Shown: positions 56,311-64,000 of the stretch, piece by piece
Position numbering within the stretch: the first letter of the stretch is position 1
Layout of the letters: each line of letters begins with the position of its first letter
Assembly (NCBI RefSeq): GCF_009914755.1
Contig: NC_060932.1
Strand: one strand, 5' to 3'
Length of the DNA: 64,000 nt
DNA from: the human T2T-CHM13v2.0 reference genome, Homo sapiens
The notes under the pieces: generated by a model
What the model saw: the letters and a program-made list of their open reading frames with translations, nothing else
What the model was told of the DNA's origin: nothing
Databases searched by the model: none
Made by a program: the position numbers and the translations under genes

Positions 56311-58030
56311 TCAGAATGTTCATTGAGACCCAAGTATTAGCAGGTACTGTAGTAAATGTTAAGGAAACGAAGATGAATTAAATAAGGTCCCTGCCCTCTA
56401 GCAAAAGAAAAAAGACTAAGATAGAAGGACTTCCAACATAAAGTAATAGAGAAAATACCTATGTGCCTATCGCTCCATCAGAATCACTTCTTGCTCTTAA
56501 TGAGTTTACACCTTGCTAGAGGAACAGACAATAAGCAGTCACTTTCAAAGTAATACAGTAACTAAGAGGTGTCCACACAAGTCTGGGCTCTTAAATTAAG
56601 CAAGTGAGGGGCATAACAAAAGGGCACGCAGCAAGATGACCTGGCTACGATGAGAGAACAGAGGCACAGAACAGGCCTTGGGCTACTGTCTTTGTCTAGG
56701 CTGGAGATTATGAGAGGATGGATTCAGGGGGACAAGAGGAAACTGGAAGAGGAAAGAAGCCTCTTCAAAGGAAAAACTGAAAGAGGGACACACATGAGAG
56801 CTCTTCTCAGCTGGTTTCTGTATGCATGCCTGGTCTCCCCAACAAGACAATAGGCACCTTCCAGGCAGGAGCTCCTTGTCCTATCCCAGTGCACGCTCAG
56901 TACTATCAGGCGATTGGCTGAAAAGACAGTGTGATGGCCAGATAAAGTAAAAAGAGAAATGTAATAAAGGAGCCAGGGGTAAATGCGCAAGAGTTGTGGG
57001 GTGATCTGTACTTTCAATGGGGTGCCTCTCAGAAACCAGAAAATCTCACTGCCATCTCTGTTTCCACCTGGCGCTTGGTATGCAGTAATAGCATCTTCCC
57101 AGTAGAGGGAACTGTCTGCATATTTAATTCCTAATCTGGCTACTGAGCTGAACCTGCAAACTGGCAGTGCTGACTGTAGAAATGTTTTCCTAACTGTCCA
57201 TTGCAGTTCAGCCCCAATTGTCTCACACTCCAGGCTGCTGGTTCCCCTGGAGCTGGCATCGTTTGGCTAACTAACTTTGTCACTAGTTCTTTTGACTCTA
57301 GCCAGCCACCCCGAACCTTGCTCTTGCAACCACAGATGCTGAGATGTGCTGTGAGCCACCTGCAAGCCCTCAAGGGCTCTCTGAAGCATTCTCTCCATAC
57401 AATAATCGAACTTTCTGGAACCACAAGTTAGCACTCATCTGCTTTGCTCACCATTTCATCTTCAGTGCTGAGGCAGGTGCCTAGCACATATTGGACATGC
57501 AATAAATTGTTGCTGCGTGAACGACTGAACCAGACAACCCTCCGAAAATATTTTGGTAGCCAGAATGCTTTGATAAAGATGATAATCTCCCTTCAGTTCC
57601 TGAAGATTTGTCCCTGAAGTCAAGTCTTTCAGAAAGATTCACTCTGCAGTTCATTCTGCCCCTGACAAAGGGTAACTTTCCTCTCTGCATCCTCATTTCC
57701 TCAGCTCTTAGGATGCACAACTCTACCTGTTCCAAGTAGTTGGACAGTGTGAACAAGAAAAATCAGTCAGTTTGTTAATTAACCATTGAGGGTACTTTAT
57801 GTTTTCACAATCACAAGAAGTATTTTTATGGTGCAAGAAGGCAGGTCATTAATAAAATCATCTATAATTTTTTTTCAAAATACAAATCTCTATCTAACAC
57901 CCTTCTCCCTTCTCTCCTGACCCCATCACACTGTAATGAACAAAGACAATATCTCTGATACACCCAGGGGAGAGAGCCTTGTTCAGAATATTCTTTGAAA
58001 GTCTGGTAGGTGAATCTGGTGGGCATGGGT

Positions 58031-58062
58031 ACACACACACACATACACACACACACACACAC
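58031..58062. repeat. (CA)n microsatellite
   Basis: ACACACACACACATACACAC... Confidence 0.95.
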
Positions 58063-58139
58063 TCATAAACAAACATCCTACCCCTATTTCTGGCATACTG
58101 AGAGCCATTACTATAAACCGGTGATCCTGCCCATTAGAA

Positions 58140-58296
58140 TCTGGTTTATAGTACACATCAGCATCACCCAGGGAGATTTTTACAATTATACTAATACCCA
58201 GGCTAAATCTTCAGCAAATTAAATCAGAATGTCTCAGAGTGAGCCTCGAGCCTCAGGGATTTTATTGGGCCGCCAAGACTGAGATGCCCCACTGTA
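58140..58296. mobile_element. MER5A-like hAT element
   Basis: CATCAGCATCACCCAGGGAG...AAATCAGAAT...CCACTG. Confidence 0.6.
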
Positions 58297-58424
58297 GACA
58301 CTTGGAGAAACCAATGAGAAGGGTCAGCATAGCCCCTGGCCACAGTACCTTCCAATCAACGTGGGACACAGTAAGATTCACATGAAATTACAGCCATCTG
58401 AAGTGTCCGCAGAATGCAGAATCG

Positions 58425-58650
58425 TGAGAAAAGCCTTGGCCTCCCCCCCGTTTAGGAGAAATGGCCTCAGATTTATTACTCTACTGACCTTGGGGCCTTG
58501 AAGCATCATTTAGGGTCTCTGAGGCTCAGTCTCTTTATCTATAAAACAGAAGTAGTTAACATCACCAAGATGCCGACAGGACAAAATGAAATTGTGAAGC
58601 AAGAATTATTTGTAAGTTATAAATGATTATGCAATTGGAATGGATTATTA
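58425..58650 (+). mobile_element. MIR
   Basis: TGACCTTGG...CTCTGAGGCTCAGTCTCTTTATCTATAAAA. Confidence 0.6.
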
Positions 58651-59150
58651 CAGGGAAATAGCAAATAAATATTTTTAAATATTTTTAAATAAGTCATTGT
58701 AGTCCTAAAATTGACTCAATATGTTTCATGACATCTGTCAGAAGATTCCTGTTTTCTAGACTTTCAAGCTATTGCCAAGCTCCCAAAGGTTTTTCCAATC
58801 TCTTTTTTCCCCAACTGATGTACTCTCAATAGTCATCATTACGATAGTCACTGACATTTTCTCACCAAGTAGACAGAGAACCTGTCTCTTATCACTGTTT
58901 TATCCATATCATCACAAATCCCTCTTGTTTTTCTATAATAATATTTGCTACTGCTAAGATGTCAAAGTTCAATTAAGTACTTTATGCTAATAGCAGGCTT
59001 TTAAAGTTCCTTTCACTGTACAGTTTCAGACATCACCAACGAGCCAGTCGGAGAGCTGTTTTCAAGTAAGGATCTGTCCTTGAACTCACAAACAATGTCA
59101 TTTTGGGAAAGCAAACCATGTACACAGTAGCCAGCTTAAGAAATTTGGAA

Positions 59151-59435
59151 GCCGGGCGTGGTGGCTTACGCCTGTAATCCCAGCACTTTGGGGGCTGAGG
59201 CAGGCGGATCACAAGGTCAAAAGTTCAAGATCAGCCTGACCAATAGAGTGAAACCCCGTCTCTACTACAAACACAAAAATTAGCTGGGCTTGGTGGTGCA
59301 CACCTGTAACCCCAGCTATTCAGGAAGCTGAGGCAGGAGAGTCACTTGAACCCAAGAGGCCGAGGTTGCAGTGAGCCAAGATTGCACCACTGCACTCCAG
59401 CCTGGGTGACAGAGAGAGACTCCGTCTCAAAAAAA
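59151..59435 (+). mobile_element. AluSg-like
   Basis: Perfect TSD AAGAAATTTGGAA at 59138-59150 and 59436-59448; endonuclease site TT/AAGA. Confidence 0.95.
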
Positions 59436-59922
59436 AAGAAATTTGGAATAGGACAGACTTACCACGGAGCCCACAGGCTGGCTTTGTCTTAAACAAGTCG
59501 ATTAGATTTAACTTTGAGACATGCAGTTAATGTAAGCATTAATGAAACCAGCACTGCAAAGGTTTACCTATGTCATACAGGTTTTTATTTCTAATTTGCA
59601 GCTTCACATAGGTAACTTTTGGGGTCCTACCCTAAAAGTTTTCTTTAGTGATATATCAGTAAAATTCTGTAAACTATGGATGTAGAATGAGAAGTCAGAA
59701 GGTAGCTGGTTACTGTCTGAAATATGGGCAGTCAAGAGAAAGCTTAGTGTGAACCAAGGGAGCTAAGGAGCTACTGATAACAAGGGGAAATTTGCTCCTT
59801 TACATATTTGACAGAGTCCCATGATGAAGCAAGTGCCCCTCATCTCAACCCCTAAGACCCCTACTTGTGCTCTAACCACAAGGAAGAAAACCAATGAATA
59901 ATTAAAGAGTTGTCTAGGTTGA

Positions 59923-60588
<666 letters not shown>

Positions 60589-61026
60589 GTTCGGGTAGAA
60601 CAGAGAAGATAAGGTTGAAAGATGTTTGTTATCAATTATGTTTAGGCTTTGATCTCCTCATAGTTTAAAGATACTCATTTTCTTTTCTTTTTTTTTTTTC
60701 AGTTGGAAGACTACATTTCACCAGAGCCACCCAACTTTCCAATGTTATAATTAAATCAGAGAGTAAGTTCATTCGGAAAGTGGAATAAACTCTATCCTTG
60801 AAATCTAATTAAGTCTACTATTAAAATTGAGACATAATATAGGCATATAAATAAGATCCAACTCAATTTCAAGAAACAATCACTGATAAAGTAAAAAGCT
60901 ACAACTCTACAGAATTAATTGGCAAGATTAAAATGCAAATGATTTTACTTTACATTGATACATTTTTATCAGAGCCATGGTAGACATAAAGGGCATCTCT
61001 CTCCTCCCATTAGAAGGGAGCAACTA

Positions 61027-61326
<300 letters not shown>

Positions 61327-61579
61327 GGAGTCTCTGGAGATCAAGAGATGTCTTATTCACTTTATATCCTGTATAGCTTCTACTATCATCATTATTCAAC
61401 ATAGGCTGCACATTAGAAATTCCTGATAAACTTAAAAACAAACTACAAACTGTGTCCAGACCCCACTCAACTCTGCCTACAGGGGCCAGTCATGGGTTTT
61501 TGTTTTCAGTTTCTCACTTGATTTTTCCGTTTCTGAAAACAGCTATTCAGCCATTTTCTCAGCCCACTTTGAGGTAAAT

Positions 61580-61775
61580 AGAGTATAATTGTAAAAATCG
61601 TGCCTAGGAGCCAGGAAGTCTGAATTCTAGGTTTAACTCAAATGCTAAGAAGCAAGTTCTGGCCTTTTGGAAGATCAGAACTTTGCTATGGCCCGTTTCC
61701 TTACCTGTGAAATTATAAGTTCAGACTAAATAATATATATTAAGACCCCTTCCACCTCTCAATTGTCATTATTCT
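61580..61775 (+). mobile_element. MIR
   Basis: CTAGGAGCCAGGAAGTCTGAATTCTAG...GTTTCCTTACCTGTGAAAT. Confidence 0.55.
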
Positions 61776-61829
61776 GTTCAATAAATCAGGCTTTTTACAA
61801 ATTAAGATTTGTCTGTCTTCAGTGAGTGT

Positions 61830-61952
61830 GAGGAGAAGGTGAACTAGGCTTTGAACTCCTGGGGGTTGAGACGTCTTTACTCAAGTCTGCATCTCCGGCT
61901 CCTCTCACGGTGCCTGTCACAGAGCTGATTCAATAAATATTTGATAAATAAA
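61830..61952 (+). mobile_element. L2 3' end
   Basis: CACGGTGCCTGTCACAGAG...TCAATAAATATTTG. Confidence 0.6.
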
Positions 61953-63794
61953 GGGTTTCTATGGCTCTGATATTTATAGCAAAAAGAAAACTGAGAAAGA
62001 AAGCCTGGTGCTTTCCTTTCTCTTTTCTTTTTTTTTACATATGAGCAAAGTGGCCTTGGAGACTGTACTTACAGGTGCCCATAGCTGACTGTGCATAGCA
62101 GAAGAATGTGAATTCATACACCTCTGTCTGTCTTTCACCCCACCACATACATGCTGGTTCTCTTCCATCACATACTGCACTGCACTCCTCACACTGCAAC
62201 TTAGAAGATAAACAAAAGTGGGTGTCAAATAAACAAAGTCCCATCTCTGGAATTAGGAGACAGGCATTTGGATTCCAAAATCAACTGTTTTCTAGGTAAA
62301 TACACCTGAACAAGTCATTTAACGTTTCCATTTTTTCACGTACAAACTGAGACCAGATGATCTTGAATCTATTTTCTTAATGCTGCCAAGAGCCTATGAT
62401 TTGGCCAGACAAAGCATTCTATGTGGATCAGAGGCATAAATGGACAAGCCCTGCTAATATCAAGAAGAGGGTTTTCCCCTAAAAAAAAAAAAAAAATCAG
62501 AAAACGTAGAAGAACATCAAGAAGTTGATTATTCAGGCTGTCTTTTGCATAAAGAGACTAGGAGTGGGCAGGTCATTCTCTGTCCCTGTTGACATAGATA
62601 CTGTCGGTGGACTGTCTTGACACACAGTGTGCCGGTCCCAAATCTGCCTTGATGCTGAGGACATTTTTGTTATCTGACAGATACATCTTGAGTGAAGTCT
62701 AGGAAGAAATGTTATCTATGTAACGACAGGACTAGACCACAGATTTGATGGTAGGAAAACTAGGAAGGGAAGCATCAAATAGGATACCCAGATTTCAGAC
62801 AAGAATGATGGGAAAATGATGGTGACATGAATAGAGAAAGGAAGAGTGGTGAGAGAAGACCAAGAGTTTGGTTTCAGATATTTGAGTGCTACTGATCAGC
62901 AGATCATCCTGGAGAAGTCTTAAGCAGTTCAAGGTCAAAATTTAGTACTCAGGGTCCATTTATCCATAAAGACGTAAAAGCTCTTACAACTTAATGTCTG
63001 TAATTTACCATCTTACAAAATGAAAGTAGGCTTCAAACTAGTAAACTGAATTCCAGAACATACACCAAGCTATGTGCCCCCTGTATATCCAGATCTACCC
63101 AGGTACTGGTCTGTATTTTACCCACGTTGGTAGACTCATTCCTCTCACTCAACCTCCTAACCCCTTGATCACCTAAAAAGGAGAAGTCAGAGTACATAAA
63201 TCTTGTAGCTTTGGGGGCTTATGCAACTTCAGTGGTTTTTAAGCTCATCATGCTGTGGGAATTCTCAGATGATCTCCCAGCCCAGTGACCCTCCGGAAAA
63301 TGGCATAATCCTAGGATGAGAGAAGCAACATATGAAAATCAGCAGATTTTCAGAACAAAACTGACCATGTGGGTTTGTGGCCAAATTACACTTGAGCATA
63401 TCGACCCAGCAGGCATAGGATAATTCCACCCACCAGCCTCCGCACAGAGACTGCAGAAGTGCAAAGGAAAAATGGCTTCAGTGAGGGAGGAATGGACGTG
63501 CTCCAATAGATGAATGAGTGAAGGTAGCACTCACAAACTAGAGAAAATGCCCACGCACCTCTTCCCAGCCCACCCTTATATCCACACCAGCCCCCAAATA
63601 CACACACTCACCCATCTGATCATGTCACTTGATCCAGATAGAAGACTTGAGCAGGGGTGGGGCTAGGCTCCGGGCTTATAGGAAGGAACCAGAAAAATAC
63701 AGACTGTGTTTTATTTTTGTCATGCTAACTCCAGAGTATTCCCCAGATTGGCGTGAACTGACGAATCCACAAGAAAAATCATATATGTGAGAAA

Positions 63795-63945
63795 AATGTG
63801 TTCCAGTTCCAGCTCTTTGGTTTACTAGCTGTGACACATTTCTTGGAGCCTATTTTCTTATCTCTAAAATGGGAACAACAATACTGGCCTTACAGTGTCA
63901 ACTGGAGGATTAAAGCAAATCTACATAAAGTGTCTCAAACATGAT
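63795..63945 (+). mobile_element. MIR
   Basis: TTACTAGCTGTG...TCTCTAAAATGGGAACAACAATA...GAGGATTAAA. Confidence 0.7.
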
Positions 63946-64000
63946 TGACCTTTCTATATATTGCTCCTAGCTGGAGTTCTCCACCTAATGATATCACAAT

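Overview
Primate (most likely human) non-coding DNA, either intergenic or deep intronic. It is AT-rich and dominated by transposable elements, and I recognise no host protein-coding exon. Every long ORF in the track is a LINE-1 fragment or a translation of Alu, LTR or simple-repeat sequence. The main feature is a full-length ~6.16 kb L1PA3/PA4-type LINE-1 (+ strand, 4677-10838) with a perfect 15-bp target-site duplication (TSD). Its ORF1 and ORF2 are disrupted, but its antisense ORF0 is open, its endonuclease reading frame is intact, and it retains the ~129-bp ZNF93-binding segment. The rest is a layered TE landscape: about 14 Alus (J, S, Y), truncated L1s (L1PA5, L1PB1, L1PB4-like, L1MA/MB/MC/ME), MaLR/ERVL/ERV1 LTRs, MER82, MADE1 and MER5 DNA elements, and many L2/MIR relics. 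I find no convincing new biological system. The best leads are mechanistic footprints: a 56-bp young L1 insertion with an L1HS-like diagnostic base, a target-site triplication shared by an Alu and an L1, two template-switch inverted duplications, a candidate recursive splice site, a candidate non-coding exon pair, and motif-rich non-repetitive islands. Subfamily names come from remembered consensus sequences, and the boundaries of old elements are approximate.
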